The notes under the pieces were generated by a model. The model did no database searches. It saw only the letters and a list, made by a program, of their open reading frames with translations, and was not told the origin of the DNA. The translations under genes and the position numbers were made by a program. 64,000 nt of DNA. Source: Fistulifera solaris (lineage: Eukaryota). Positions 10,302-22,491 of the stretch are shown here, in pieces; positions within the stretch are counted from its first letter, which is position 1; every line of letters starts with the position of its first letter. The DNA lies in assembly GCA_030295235.1 (NCBI GenBank), contig AP026123.1, forward strand, positions 1,736,001 through 1,800,000. Direction: 5' to 3'.

Positions 10302-12449
10302 ATGTCGTCCCTACCTTCCGCCGACAGTTTCGTCAGCTTGTCGGGCGGACCACCGGATCCCATTAACTACTTGCGATCGGCACCGGCGTTGCGGAACAGT
10401 ATGCGGTACGATACTGACGATGAAGGACCTGTTGTCACGGATGAAGACCACAGCAAACGAAAACGGGCACTCGAAGAAGATCCACCCGCCCGGGAACGTC
10501 CGACCGATGGTGCCGCGTGGCCGTATCGGGAAACCTTGTCCTTTACGCGTTCGTTGGTCTTTTACGGCGCCGGTTCCATTACTTCCGAAAGTGAAGTCGC
10601 TTGTCAACACATTCAATCGGCACGGTCTCTTCGACAACAGTATTTCGGTGGGACCGGTACTTTGATGAAGAATGCCGCTTATCTGCAAGACAATTCCTTG
10701 CAATTTCAAATGAAAGGAGGCGTCGTGCAATTGCTGTTGCAGGATGAATCTCTCGTGCAAGTGCCTTCCATTGCCGATTTCTGCAAGGACTATGCCAATT
10801 TAGTGACTTGGGTATCGGAAGGTGCCATGCGATCCTTTTGTTTCCAACGCCTCCAAATTTTGTCGACGTCGTACAAAATGCACACGACCTTGAATAGTAC
10901 GATCGAAATGGAAGAACAATCCAATTTGTTGGGGACCGACTTTTATCGGACCATGAAGATTGACAATCACATTCATGCGGCAGCCGCACCGAGTGCGAAA
11001 CAATTTGTGCACTTTGTGCGCACGAAATTACAAACCGAAGGCGACACGGCGGTCAATGCGGATGGTACGACCTTGCGACAAGTCTATCAAGATGCGGGAT
11101 TGGATATGGATCATTTGACCATTGACGCCTTTAATGTATTGGCGGACTACTCGGTATATCAGCGATTTGATAATTTCAATGACAAGATCTCGCCGTTTCG
11201 ATTGGCCGATATGCGTCGGATTTTTCTCAAAACCAACAATCACATGCAAGGACGTTACTTTGCAGAACTCCTCAAAATTGTGTTGCAGCGGCACGAAATG
11301 TCCAAGGGGCATAATTCCGCCTGTGAGCTGCGCTTAAGCATTTATGGAATGGAGCGTCACGAATGGTACGATTTGGCGTGTTGGATGATGCACGATTGGC
11401 CCGCCACGGAAGACACAAAAGGTGGGAATATGGTGTCACCCAACAATCGTTGGTTGGTTCAAATTCCGCGTCTTTGGCGTATCTACAGTCGCAAACCGGT
11501 CCAGGAAAGAGAACCACCACGGTCCTTTCAAGACATGCTCGACAATATATTCATTCCCATGTTTGAAGCCACCTTGCACCCCGATAAGCACCCAGAGATC
11601 GCGCAGTGCTTGCAACACATTGTCGGCTTTGACTCGGTCGATGACGAAGGTGTACTGGAAACCCATTGTGGGCCTGTGGAACCGGAACATTGGACCGATT
11701 CTAAGACTCCCTGTTATCAGTGGCAGTTGTATTACATTTGGGCGAATTTACACGTCCTGAACCGACTCCGCCAGGCGCGAGGATTGAATACCATTGCCTT
11801 TCGTCCTCACGCGGGAGAGACGGGCGATTCGATGCATTTGGCGGCATCGTACATGCTGTGCGATTCGATCAATCACGGCATCTTGTTGGATTCACAAGTC
11901 AGTCTGCAGTATTTGTATTACTTGGATCAAGTTGGTTTGTCGATCAGTCCCTTGTCGAACAACTTTTTGTTTCGTAAAATGGCCGACAATCCCTTTTCGA
12001 AATTCTTTCGTCGTGGATTGAATGTTACCTTGTCAACCGATGATCCACTTTTGTTTCATATGTCGGACGATGCTTTATTGGAAGAGTACTCGGTGGCTCG
12101 GGCAACCTTTGACTTATCCATGACCGACATGATGGAAGTGGCTCGTAACTCGGTATTGCAATCGGGATTTGAGCGCGAATTCAAGAAGCAGTGGCTGGGA
12201 CCTGATTTCGAAAAGGGATTGACGTTCTGTGACGAACACATTACGCACGTGCCATTGATTCGTGCTAAATTCCGCGCCGAGCATTTGGCACTCGAGCACA
12301 TGCTGGTGCATCTCATTGCGGCGGGCAAGGGCAACCGAGTGTTACACGAAATGAAAGTGCAGTTTGGCTTGGCCCGTGATGCTCACAGAGATGTTTTGTT
12401 CGAAAATTTCGACGAGGTCCCTGCGTTTCCCGAACAGAATCAGCTGTAA
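10302..12449 (+). CDS. AMPD: AMP deaminase
   Basis: DNHIHAAA, GFDSVDDE, FRPHAGE, SPLSNN, LSTDDPL, EEYS motifs; first ATG at 10302. Confidence 0.96.
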   Translation: MSSLPSADSFVSLSGGPPDPINYLRSAPALRNSMRYDTDDEGPVVTDEDHSKRKRALEEDPPARERPTDGAAWPYRETLSFTRSLVFYGAGSITSESEVACQHIQSARSLRQQYFGGTGTLMKNAAYLQDNSLQFQMKGGVVQLLLQDESLVQVPSIADFCKDYANLVTWVSEGAMRSFCFQRLQILSTSYKMHTTLNSTIEMEEQSNLLGTDFYRTMKIDNHIHAAAAPSAKQFVHFVRTKLQTEGDTAVNADGTTLRQVYQDAGLDMDHLTIDAFNVLADYSVYQRFDNFNDKISPFRLADMRRIFLKTNNHMQGRYFAELLKIVLQRHEMSKGHNSACELRLSIYGMERHEWYDLACWMMHDWPATEDTKGGNMVSPNNRWLVQIPRLWRIYSRKPVQEREPPRSFQDMLDNIFIPMFEATLHPDKHPEIAQCLQHIVGFDSVDDEGVLETHCGPVEPEHWTDSKTPCYQWQLYYIWANLHVLNRLRQARGLNTIAFRPHAGETGDSMHLAASYMLCDSINHGILLDSQVSLQYLYYLDQVGLSISPLSNNFLFRKMADNPFSKFFRRGLNVTLSTDDPLLFHMSDDALLEEYSVARATFDLSMTDMMEVARNSVLQSGFEREFKKQWLGPDFEKGLTFCDEHITHVPLIRAKFRAEHLALEHMLVHLIAAGKGNRVLHEMKVQFGLARDAHRDVLFENFDEVPAFPEQNQL

Positions 12450-12993
12450 TTGTCGCTCACTAAAAATTGCGATGATTCAATTGGACATTTTTAGAGAGTC
12501 AGCCTGCTGCGTTACTCTCTACTCTCTAGCTAATCACATGTGACATCATGTCGAGTCGTCCAGTTATCTGGAGATGTCAGTCGAGTGAGGATGACTCAGT
12601 CTTATGAGCTAGCTTAATCAATTCCGAATATCAATCTAGTTGTCGATCAAGAGTCTGATTTCTCTGAACTAGTCTAGACCCTAGTTAGTTCGAACGCTTG
12701 ATTCTTGCTAAGCTTTGAAGTATAAAATGTCGCAGAGAGAATAATGAAGTACGAAGCTCGATACTACTGATTGCCTTTACTATGTAGGGTATACTAACGC
12801 GCGTTGCCGTCAGACAAAGAAGATGGCAAACGAACGAAGAAGAAAAGAGACGGGTGCGGCAAGGAGAAGATGATGCGATGAACAGACGGACGGTTCTTGA
12901 TGCCGCACTTCTTGTCAGCCTTTATAAAAATGGCTTCACAATAATAGAACGACAACAGATTGCTTGCTTGCCTTTTCTTTATAGACAAACAGA

Positions 12994-14551
12994 ATGAACG
13001 TCAGTCGACTGGTTATTTTAGTGAGAGCTCCAACGCACCGCTCGATGCTCCGTGGCTTCGCATCGGCTGTACCTCGGTATGACGAATCATCCTCGACGAA
13101 ACTAGCCGCCGCCGATAATCCGCTCAAAGTCAACATGAAACCATCCGAAGTAGTCGCTGAATTGAATCGCCACATTGTGGGTCAAGCGGATGCGAAACGC
13201 GCGGTGGCCATTGCCTTACGAAATCGGTGGCGTCGACAACAACTGCCGGACGATTTACGTCCGGAAGTGACGCCGCGCAATGTGTTGCTGGTCGGTCCCA
13301 CCGGCTGTGGAAAGACCGAAGTCGCTCGTCGGATGGCGCAGATTCATGACGCTCCCTTTTTGAAAGTGGAAGCGACGAAATTCACCGAAGTGGGTTATCA
13401 TGGACGCGACGTCGATCAAATAATCCGTGATTTAATGGATGTTTCGATGCAATTGACGAAAAAAGTGTGGACGGAAAAATTACGCGAACAAGCGAAAGTG
13501 CAAGTCGAAGAACGATTGCTGCATCTTCTGACGGGTCCGTCGAGCAAAGACAAATCGGACTCGGCCCGAGCACACGACTCCTTTCGTGACATGCTGCAGC
13601 AGGGAATACTGGACGATCAAGAAATTGAAATTGACGTGCCTTTGCAAAACAACAGTAGTGATATGGGAGGAGGAGATACGTTGAATCCGAACATTGTGGC
13701 CATGTCCGACTTGTGGCAGCGCGTATCCGGTGCGGGAGGTGGGAAGAAACAAGCCACGGAGCGTAAGAAAGTGCCGATATCGCAAGCTAGGGAAATTTTG
13801 CTACAAGTAGAGCTGGATCAGTTGCTCGAGACTGTTGATTTGAAGAAGGAAGCCATTACGGCAGTAGAAGAGTCCGGTATTGTCTTTATTGACGAAATTG
13901 ATAAGATATGTTCGTCTCGTGATTCGTACCGTTCCAAGAGCACGGATGCTTCGGCAGAAGGTGTGCAACGAGACTTGTTACCCTTAATTGAAGGCACTAC
14001 TATCAATACTCGACACGGAAATGTTAAAACGGACTACATTTTGTTCATTGCGGTAAGAGCATGATGGCGTTTCTGATAAAGAAGGACAAAAGGAACGGCT
14101 TATTCATATCTCACCGGTATTCTTTTTTATGTATTAGTCGGGCGCCTTTCACACTGTAAAGCCAAGCGACATGTTACCCGAGCTACAGGGACGATTGCCC
14201 ATTCAGGTTGAATTAAAAGGTTTGACAGAAGAAGATCTGTATCGCATCTTGACAGAACCAGTCGCCAATTTGGTGCGACAGCAAGTCGAATTACTGGCTA
14301 CCGAGGGCGTCACGCTGATATTTGAAGATGCCGCGATTCGGGAAATGGCCCGCATGGCCGCGAAATTGAATCAAACCGTAGAAAACATTGGAGCGCGACG
14401 ATTGCACACGGTCATGGAACGTATCATGGAAGAGCTCAGCTTTCAAGCCGCCGAGTCGGAAGGAGAAACCTTGACAGTCGATGTTGCCTTGGTGCAGGAG
14501 CGCATGTCCTCGGTCACGCAAAAGTTAGACTTGTCCAAATTCATTTTATAA
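12994..14551 (+). CDS. hslU: Mitochondrial HslU/ClpY ATPase (intron 14053-14137)
   Basis: AIALRNRWRR, GPTGCGKTE, KVEATKFTEVGYHG, FIDEIDK, PELQGRLP, ENIGARRL, C-terminal DLSKFIL; basic N-terminal presequence. Confidence 0.96.
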
Positions 14552-15152
14552 TTCTGAAAAATAAAGAAATATGCGAGTTTTGGATGCTAAGTCCGCTGTT
14601 AGTCGTACAAGATATGAGCATGCGTTTCTATCATCAGCAGCAGTTCAATCTTGGCGGCCGATTTCGTCTCATAATTGTGATAGACAAAGTTTGTTCACAC
14701 AAGTAAAGTGATCATGAAGTTAAAAACCTCGCAAACTTGAACAAGACCTCTCTCAAAGCCTCGGACTAAGTCCTGTTCCGTGCGTCAGCCAATAATATTA
14801 TGTGAAGGGAACGCGACAAAGCCTCTTAAAAGCACTTTTCGTACTAAACGGCTATAAGAGGTTAACGGAGACGTTATGCATGTACAGTAAGGTGCGCGAC
14901 CGGCATCCAGTCTTAAAGCATGTTTGTCGTCCGGCACTAAAGTTCTTTTATCGCCCTGAAAAGTTCCGCAGTCATTTTCTCCACGGAACCTTGACAGCTC
15001 GGAAACTCGCGGATCTACGCGAAGTCTCGAGAATGCAATTGAAAGCATAAAAAAACAAAAGAAATACGAAGCCGTACCATCGGGACTGCTCTCATTTCCG
15101 GCGAGGTCTGGTCAAGGTGTTGTTGACAGGCTTCGCTATTCATTTTTAAAGA

Positions 15153-16681
15153 ATGGCGCTCAATCTGTTAACGTATCAAACAAGTAACAAGTTTGTTGTA
15201 GAACACTTGCGATGGAAGCCTCCGTTCCTCCGGCAGAAACGGATATCGACCGCGGAAGAGCCCACCACTTTGGATGATTTGTGCTGGAGACTCAAACACA
15301 ATGAACTGACGAAACTGAAAGTGGGATTCGGCGAAGAGAATGACGATTATCTCACGAGCACCCGCAATGCCGAGAAACTCGAACGGGCCTTGCGGCACAA
15401 TACCTCATTGCGACACGTCGCGATCGGTTGGCGTCATTCCAGTCGCGACGCCATGTGCATTCTGGTGCGGGCGGTCGCCAAATACACGAGACTGGTGTCC
15501 TTACAACTCATTCTAGACGACTGGTTGCCCGAAAGTCTGCTACGACTGCTCGTGCACAACCAGGCAACTACTTTGGAGACACTCGATATACGTTGTGTTC
15601 AAGTTCTGCGACGCAATCCGCTCGGGAAACTATGTTGTGAGATCACCGTACCTGCCAGTTATTCGGAATCCGTCCGATCTACGAGTACTAGTTCGACTCG
15701 GTCTTCCTCTCAAAGAGGCGCCACCAAAACCATACCGGATCGCTTCTCTTCTACCTGCGACCATTGCATCATCAGCCGCGTATTAATTCAGCTACGAGGA
15801 TCGTACTTTCCGCGTCTAAAAGTCTACAATTGCACGACGTCGGCATGCAAGATTCTCATGCGGTCATGCTGGCCGATTTTCTCCACATTCGCGGAGGACT
15901 GGAAGAACTCGTCGTTCGGAGCAACCGGTCCTTGGGACCGCACGGTGTGTCGATTCTCTCTCAGGCACCCATTACCAAGACGCTTGACTTGAGCTTGTGC
16001 GATATGGACCCAAAGACAGCAGCGGCTTTGGCTCCGGCGATCGCGGCTAGGTCCTTTCCGCTGGGTGAATTATTGGTTTGTGGAAATTACCGCATGGGCA
16101 CGCCGGCGCTGTTGCGATTGTTTCAACCGGCCGTATGTCGTAAATTGAAGGCGATCAACATCAGCTATTGTGATATTAACGATCACCGCGTCAATGAAAT
16201 GCTCAGCGCGATGAGCTCTTTGGACCATTCATCCCGCCTGGAGCGCCTCATTGTCAACGGCAGCCTGGTGGCAAATGAACGCACCGCCACGTCGTGGGCT
16301 CAATTGTTGGAGAAAAACTTGTCGCCGCTTCGTTGTATTCACATGAATGATCCCAAACAGCCCAAAATTTGGAGCCGCCAGCAACTGGAGATACTCGCGG
16401 AAGGTTTGCGAAATAACTACGAGCTGGAAGACTTGAAATTTGATACGTTTTTCCAGTCGTTGGAATTGCGATCCATTTTGTCGAAAATTCAGTTTTACTT
16501 GCGTCTGAATCAAGCGGGACGGAGAATTCTTTTGCTTCGTAAGAACGAAGGTGACGAGAACGTTGATTGGTTTGACGTGATTGCTCGTGGGGGGAATGAT
16601 TTGGATGTCACTTACTGGCTAGTGCGACACAGCGGTGATTTGTTCGAACAGCGCTATCGTGCCGCGAACCTTTTAGATTAA
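15153..16681 (+). CDS. RNI-like leucine-rich repeat protein (frameshift ~15820)
   Basis: LxxNxxL and LxLSxC repeats; C-terminal IQFYLRLNQAGRRIL...YWLVR motif of the type seen in diatom LRR families. Confidence 0.75.
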
Positions 16682-16756
16682 ACATAGAAGCGCGAGCACT
16701 GCATTGCGGATCTCTAAAGTATAATATGAACCTTTATAAGATTTAGTTTCAAAGGG

Positions 16757-18241
16757 TTAAATGTGTCGCGCCGTAGTGTGGTCTAATAATGGCTCCCATA
16801 CCCATAAATTCGTCAAGAACTTTTCGCCCTTTCGCACGGGTCGTGCCTCATGAAGACTCAGATTGTCGAAGTTACCATCCGGTAACACAGAATAAAACAA
16901 TACGGCCTTGCCCCGTTCTGGTTTGACCATCAGCGGCTCGGATGTTTCGCCATTTCTCCATACAGGAAAAGCTGTTTCGCCGCCTTCCATATCATCGTTG
17001 AGATACAGTAGCAGCGTCGCAAATCGACTGGGTTGTAAGTGAACGAGGCCCGGCATGGTGAAGTCGTGATGCGGGTCGTACTTTTCGGCCGGATTGTAAT
17101 GCACGAGTTGCAAGGGTTCCGCGATACTGGTACGGCTCTCGGTGAATTCAGGAACTTCAAACTTGTGCCTATACCGCAATAATGATTCATCAATATGCAG
17201 GACCGCTGCGGCGCGTTGATAGATCGCATCAATGATGATATCGGTCTTGCGACTGACCCACGTATTGGTGGAAGTACGCGTGTTACTCGTGGCTACATCC
17301 GATCCTTCACTGGCTCGCACACCCGATCGCTGCATGTCAGAGGCACCGGCAATGTCCAAGATATGCGCTACCTCGACGTCGGAAAGAAAATTGGGAATTT
17401 CAAAGACCCGAGGAGCACACGACAAGACGGTGAGTGTTAAATTGAGTTCAGGGTATTTATGACGATGGGGTCGGACGTTGGCCACTTCGTCGGGTCGTGG
17501 ACCATACACACTGGTTCCGCGTTGTAAGATCTCTGGATCGGGTTTTTCGACAAAATGGATCTGGTTGGTGGTGATGGAATGTGTTTGACCGATGAAATCC
17601 GCTCGCCATTGGTGGAAACGCGGAGCCAGTTTTTGACCGTACAGTGCCAACCAATCGGTCCCCGTGAACTTCTTGTACGCTTCCGCAAATTGTTTATTCT
17701 GCCATTGTAAGTGATAGAGAACAAGCTGCTGTTCGGTCAAAGCCTTTTGCGCCTTGGCGTAGTCAAAGTCGAACGGATCGTAGTAATAGAGAGAATTGCC
17801 CGATTGAATGGTCCATTTGTGCAAGATGGTAGTCGAATCATTCTCCGGCGTCACCACAAACTTATGAGTCGGATACGTAGCTGTACCCGAAGACGAAAAT
17901 GGCGGTACCGATGAAATATACACCAACCCACTGCTACCTCCTCCATCCCAATGAACCCTCACCGGATCGGGAGAGAGATTGATGAACTTTCCAAAGAAAC
18001 CGTTGTGTTTCATGGTTTGTACCTTCCGTGTACCGTCCGTCTCATTGTAATACGTCGATACATCCGGTGGAACGTACGCATAAAAGGTGCTATCAAAGAC
18101 TTCCATGGGTCTCAAATTGGGTTCCCAGCCACATTCGGGAGCCCCCGTCCATAGATGACAATTGCCAATTTCTGGTTGCTCCTGGGCTTGACTCGATAGT
18201 ATCAGAGAAGCCCAGCACAGTAGAGACCATATTGATAACAT
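16757..18241 (-). CDS. Secretory prolyl 4-hydroxylase (2OG-Fe(II)) with N-terminal VHL-like module
   Basis: Signal peptide MLSIWSLLCWASLILSSQA; PRVFEIPNFLS, RTS, EPLQLVHY, YDPHHD, RFATLLLYLND, GGETAF, LHEARPV, KFLTNLW. Confidence 0.9.
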   Translation of the reverse strand: MLSIWSLLCWASLILSSQAQEQPEIGNCHLWTGAPECGWEPNLRPMEVFDSTFYAYVPPDVSTYYNETDGTRKVQTMKHNGFFGKFINLSPDPVRVHWDGGGSSGLVYISSVPPFSSSGTATYPTHKFVVTPENDSTTILHKWTIQSGNSLYYYDPFDFDYAKAQKALTEQQLVLYHLQWQNKQFAEAYKKFTGTDWLALYGQKLAPRFHQWRADFIGQTHSITTNQIHFVEKPDPEILQRGTSVYGPRPDEVANVRPHRHKYPELNLTLTVLSCAPRVFEIPNFLSDVEVAHILDIAGASDMQRSGVRASEGSDVATSNTRTSTNTWVSRKTDIIIDAIYQRAAAVLHIDESLLRYRHKFEVPEFTESRTSIAEPLQLVHYNPAEKYDPHHDFTMPGLVHLQPSRFATLLLYLNDDMEGGETAFPVWRNGETSEPLMVKPERGKAVLFYSVLPDGNFDNLSLHEARPVRKGEKFLTNLWVWEPLLDHTTARHI

Positions 18242-18880
18242 TGTTTGTTTTAGAAGCTCATACGATAGGAAAAAATGTTGTTGATCTATCTTTGTTACAT
18301 GGAAAAGAACGCCAAAACGAGGCACGGTCATTTCATGCATCATGCATGACCGACACGGGTTCGGGCTTTAGTCGTCACATTCATTCCCGGATCAACGCGA
18401 TTCAATGGTTTCCCTTGTCTAAATAATTTAGGGAGGGTACCGTACTTTATTTTCTCCTTGGACGAAGGGCGAAGCTACCCCAGCAAAAAAGGATTAGCAG
18501 TGTTTCAAGCACCGCGTATTACAATGCTTTATAATAGGCTCTTCTTTAGTCCATAAAACCCTTATTTGAAAGGAAAATCAAGGTTTGTGATGATCTCCTT
18601 GGGGCATCTTTTTCTCGCCAAGCTATTCTACCTAAGAGCATGCCTAAAAAACTACTCGATGTTTAGATTGCAGCTGTGTGCTTGATGTATCGAAGGAACA
18701 GTGCCGCACTTTATTTTGCTAGGTCGCCCTAAGTCTCGGTACCTTCTGACAAGCCCGTGCGTCGAAGTCAAAGCAACAATCATTCATGCGCACTCCATTT
18801 TCTCAAAACAAAATATATCCGTATGCCTACACTTTTCAAAAATTAGAAAATAAAGAGTTTGTTTCCTTTATTGTGTATTT

Positions 18881-19330
18881 TTATGCCGAGCTTTTGCGTC
18901 CCTTCTTGACCGGCACGGGCTTAGTGATACCCTTGGCACGACGGTTGGCTTGGTATACTGCAGTGTATTTCGCCAATACAGCTCCCTTCAGATCCTGTCG
19001 GTAAAAGTTATCAATGCCTTGTCCGACAATCACCTTCTCCGAACGACGGAAATCCTTGTTGACGTTGATTTTGGCCACAGCAACCTTACTGCCGGACTTA
19101 CCGGCGGTCTTCTTGATCAACTGTGCACGATTTTCACCCGAAAACACCACATCCAAAGCCTTGCTGTTAGCGATGGCCGAGTACTTGAGCTGATTCAAGG
19201 ACTTGCAGTTACCGGGCTCGACCGAGAATTGCACACTGCCCGAGCGCTTGGTTTGGCCGTTGCGCTTCTTGAGGAAGCAGTTATTGCGGCGGACGATTTC
19301 CCACGTCAGTTGGTCTGGAATTGCTACCAT
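18881..19330 (-). CDS. RPL28: 60S ribosomal protein L28 (eL28)
   Basis: LTWEIVRRNNCFL, FSVEPGN, KYSAIAN, FYRQDL motifs. Confidence 0.93.
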   Translation of the reverse strand: MVAIPDQLTWEIVRRNNCFLKKRNGQTKRSGSVQFSVEPGNCKSLNQLKYSAIANSKALDVVFSGENRAQLIKKTAGKSGSKVAVAKINVNKDFRRSEKVIVGQGIDNFYRQDLKGAVLAKYTAVYQANRRAKGITKPVPVKKGRKSSA

Positions 19331-19638
19331 TTTTGAATAGTAATAATAGAAGACTCGTTAAAAAGCAATAGTCAACGTGTTGTTGATGAAAGAGATCGAG
19401 TGAGGCGCAGGCTTGTCGGAATCGTCAAAGAAAATGTCGCGTTGAAATTTTTTAGTAACAAGGTAAGTGGTTTTAGTACCAAGGCTACGTAATTTCTACA
19501 CAACTGTCTGCTCGACCGTCCCATTTTCTCCATCCCCAACACTTTTTAGTAAACCGACCAATTACGCTCGCAGTTTTTGCCTTGACGATCGGCTTGACAA
19601 ATACGGAGTAATATTCACAACAAAACAACAACAACAAA

Positions 19639-20338
19639 ATGGGTTGCTACAAGTACATGGAAGAGCTTTGGCGTCACAAGCAGTCCGATGCGTTGCGATT
19701 TTTGCTCCGTGTCCGCGCTTGGGAATACCGTCAACGTCCCAACATTTTGACCATCAACCGTCCTTCTCGTACCGACAAGGCCCACCGTTTGGGCTACAAG
19801 GCCAAGCAGGGTTATGTTGTGGTGCGTGCGGGTGTTCGTCGAGGAGGCCGCAAACGTCAGGTGCACCGTGGTATGGTGTTTGGTAAACCCAAGTAAGTTT
19901 GGATGAAATGGACACTTGCTTTGCCTAATTTTCGCTGGTGACTCACCGCATCTTCCTTCTCTTTCTTCTAACAGACACCAGGGAGTCAACCAATTGAAAT
20001 TTGAACGAAACTTGCAGAGTGTTGCCGAAGAAAAGGTCGGCCGCAAATACGGCAACCTTCGTGTCCTCAACAGTTACTGGGTCAATGAAGACGCCACGCA
20101 AAAGTATTACGAAGTTATTTTGGTCGATCCCCAGCACCCCAAGATTCGCAATGACCCGCGCATCCAATGGATTTGCAACCCCGTGCACAAGCACCGCGAA
20201 ATGCGCGGTCTCACTTCGGCGGGACGCAAGGGACGTGGTTTGCGCAAGAGCGGACACCGTGCCAATGGTATCAAGGGTGGTTCGTTCAAGGCGGCCTGGA
20301 AGAACCGCAACAACATGCGTCTCAAGCGTTATCGTTAA
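19639..20338 (+). CDS. RPL15: 60S ribosomal protein L15 (eL15), intron 19893-19974
   Basis: [47 protein letters not shown]. Confidence 0.98.
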
Positions 20339-20967
20339 ATTGGTTACTTATTTACGGATAATGCAATGGTGTTGCTTTTACTATTCTTTCCTTTCTAGTC
20401 GTTGTATGCTTTGTTATATTCCATGTGTTGTATTCAGAGCGAGGATGGCACTGTATCCGGGGGCCAACTCAATCCAACTCCAAACTGATTAACTTAGAGA
20501 AGCAGAAGATTTATCCAGTCGTTTTGCTTCATCGTCACGTCACTTTGTTAGCTTGGGCTCCCTCCATTCAGAATTGCGGCAAACTCCGACGTACCGTTGA
20601 TACTAATATATTCCGCTCTTTCTTGAGCCTAATTGCTTTGTTTCAATTCAAGAAACTTTTTCTTCTTTTACAAAACGGATGTTGGTTTGTTGCTATGACA
20701 ATAGTTTAGGCGGCATGAATAATTCATTCACTTCACATTATTTCACATCGACGAAGCGTGACAGCGTGATTATAGCTCATTCCCGTTTGACGAGCTGACG
20801 TCACATGTCACAACCCTACTGTTTTCGCTATAGTCTCTAGAAATCATGCAAAAGCGAAAAACGGCGGAGGAAAAACACAACGTTCGTTGACGCGCGTCAT
20901 TGAAAAGCAACTCGAGCATTCGTGCCTTTGTTTTGATAACTAAAAGCACACTTATCATTCCCTTACC

Positions 20968-22491
20968 ATGTCAAATATATTCTCTTCTATAGTGAAAAAG
21001 GTACAAACTACCGTCGAAAGCAAACAAGAACAGATTCGAATCGCCGATGAAGCGAAAAAAGTAGGGAAAATTTATGACTCGTCTGAGAAAGCCTGGGTTT
21101 TCTATTTCTTAGATGCCGAGTTTGATACCTTACAAGACGAATGGAACAAGAAGCAAAAGAACAACGGCAGCAGTGTGACTAGTTCGGACGAAAAGCAAGT
21201 CAAAGACCGTGAATATTACGACTTGCTGGACGTCAGCACGAATGCCGACGAAGTCACGATTCGAAAAGCCTACTTCAAAACGGCACGGAAATGCCATCCG
21301 GACAAAAATCCAGACGACCCCGAAGCGCATGCTAAATTTCAAGCACTCGGAGAGGCGTATCAGGTCTTGAGCAATCCACAATTGCGTGCGGCCTACGATC
21401 GGGATGGAAAGTCCACAGAAACGTCCACGGCCGCGGAGAACATGCCCAATCCGCAAGATTTTTTCAATGTCATGTTTGGAAGTACTTTAGTTGAGCCTTA
21501 CATAGGAGAGCTGTGGATTGCATCCATGACCTCGGATGCAATGATGAATCCGGATGCGGGTATCGACTTTGAGGAATTGGAGAAGAATGCGGACCTCACC
21601 GAGGAAGAGAAAGAAGAAATTATGCGACAAAAAGCCAAGGAGCTGCGTGAAAATAATGAATTGCAGCAAAAGCTGCGGCAAGTCAAATGTGCCCAAGCGC
21701 TGCGACAGCGTATTTCGTCTTTTGATGCCAAAGCAGATTGGCGTATTTTTGCTGATGAAGCCAGGAAGGAGGCGCAAAACATTGCGCAAGGTGCTTACGG
21801 CTCGATGTATTTGATCACCATAGGTTTTGCATGGCAAATAGCCGCGGAAGAGTTTCTGGGTCAATACGACAAAAATGCTTGGTTTTCTGGACAAGTCGCG
21901 AGTGCGCGAAAGAATTTTAGTGGAATTGGTAGTAACTTCCAGTTGATTGGTGCCGGCTTAAAAGCCGCGACGGCTGGATCAAAAGCACTTCATCAGGCAG
22001 AACAAATACAAAAAGGCCAGGAAGACGATGCAAATGCGCAGTTAATGATGGCAGAAACTATTGATGGTTCGTTACCCGCTTTTTTGAATTTTGCGTGGGT
22101 TATCAACAAACGAGACATTAAAAGTACAATTGCCAAATCCTGTTACAAGCTTTTCAACGATGCTGGTGTACCGCTCGAAAGTCGAATCGAACGAGCGAAA
22201 GCGGTTCGAATACTGGGTCGTGAGTTTCAAGCTGTGGGTCGCAAGCATCAAAAGACGGAGCAGCACTCATCGGACGATATCAAAGCCCGAGTTGCTGTTG
22301 CAACCATGACGACAATGGCCAAGGCACAAGGCCAGGAAGTCACTGAAGAGGATCAGCTCAATATGATGAAGCAAGCAAAGGAGGAACTGAGTAGCATGCA
22401 TGGTAGTAGTGCACATGGTAGTGAGACGTCTGCTGCAGTGGACGGCGACTCTAGTGCGCCCTTGAATACGGACGAGACAGGCAAGTTGTAG
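20968..22491 (+). CDS. DnaJ protein with DnaJ-X domain (Caj1/Djp1-like)
   Basis: J domain EYYDLL...HPDKNP...LGEAYQVLS; FGS-x4-YIGEL and DIKSTI motifs. Confidence 0.9.
   Translation: MSNIFSSIVKKVQTTVESKQEQIRIADEAKKVGKIYDSSEKAWVFYFLDAEFDTLQDEWNKKQKNNGSSVTSSDEKQVKDREYYDLLDVSTNADEVTIRKAYFKTARKCHPDKNPDDPEAHAKFQALGEAYQVLSNPQLRAAYDRDGKSTETSTAAENMPNPQDFFNVMFGSTLVEPYIGELWIASMTSDAMMNPDAGIDFEELEKNADLTEEEKEEIMRQKAKELRENNELQQKLRQVKCAQALRQRISSFDAKADWRIFADEARKEAQNIAQGAYGSMYLITIGFAWQIAAEEFLGQYDKNAWFSGQVASARKNFSGIGSNFQLIGAGLKAATAGSKALHQAEQIQKGQEDDANAQLMMAETIDGSLPAFLNFAWVINKRDIKSTIAKSCYKLFNDAGVPLESRIERAKAVRILGREFQAVGRKHQKTEQHSSDDIKARVAVATMTTMAKAQGQEVTEEDQLNMMKQAKEELSSMHGSSAHGSETSAAVDGDSSAPLNTDETGKL

Noticed and set aside
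12994..14551. HslU as bacterial contamination or recent HGT
   Set aside because: Has a spliceosomal intron and presequence; mitochondrial HslU is established in many protists.
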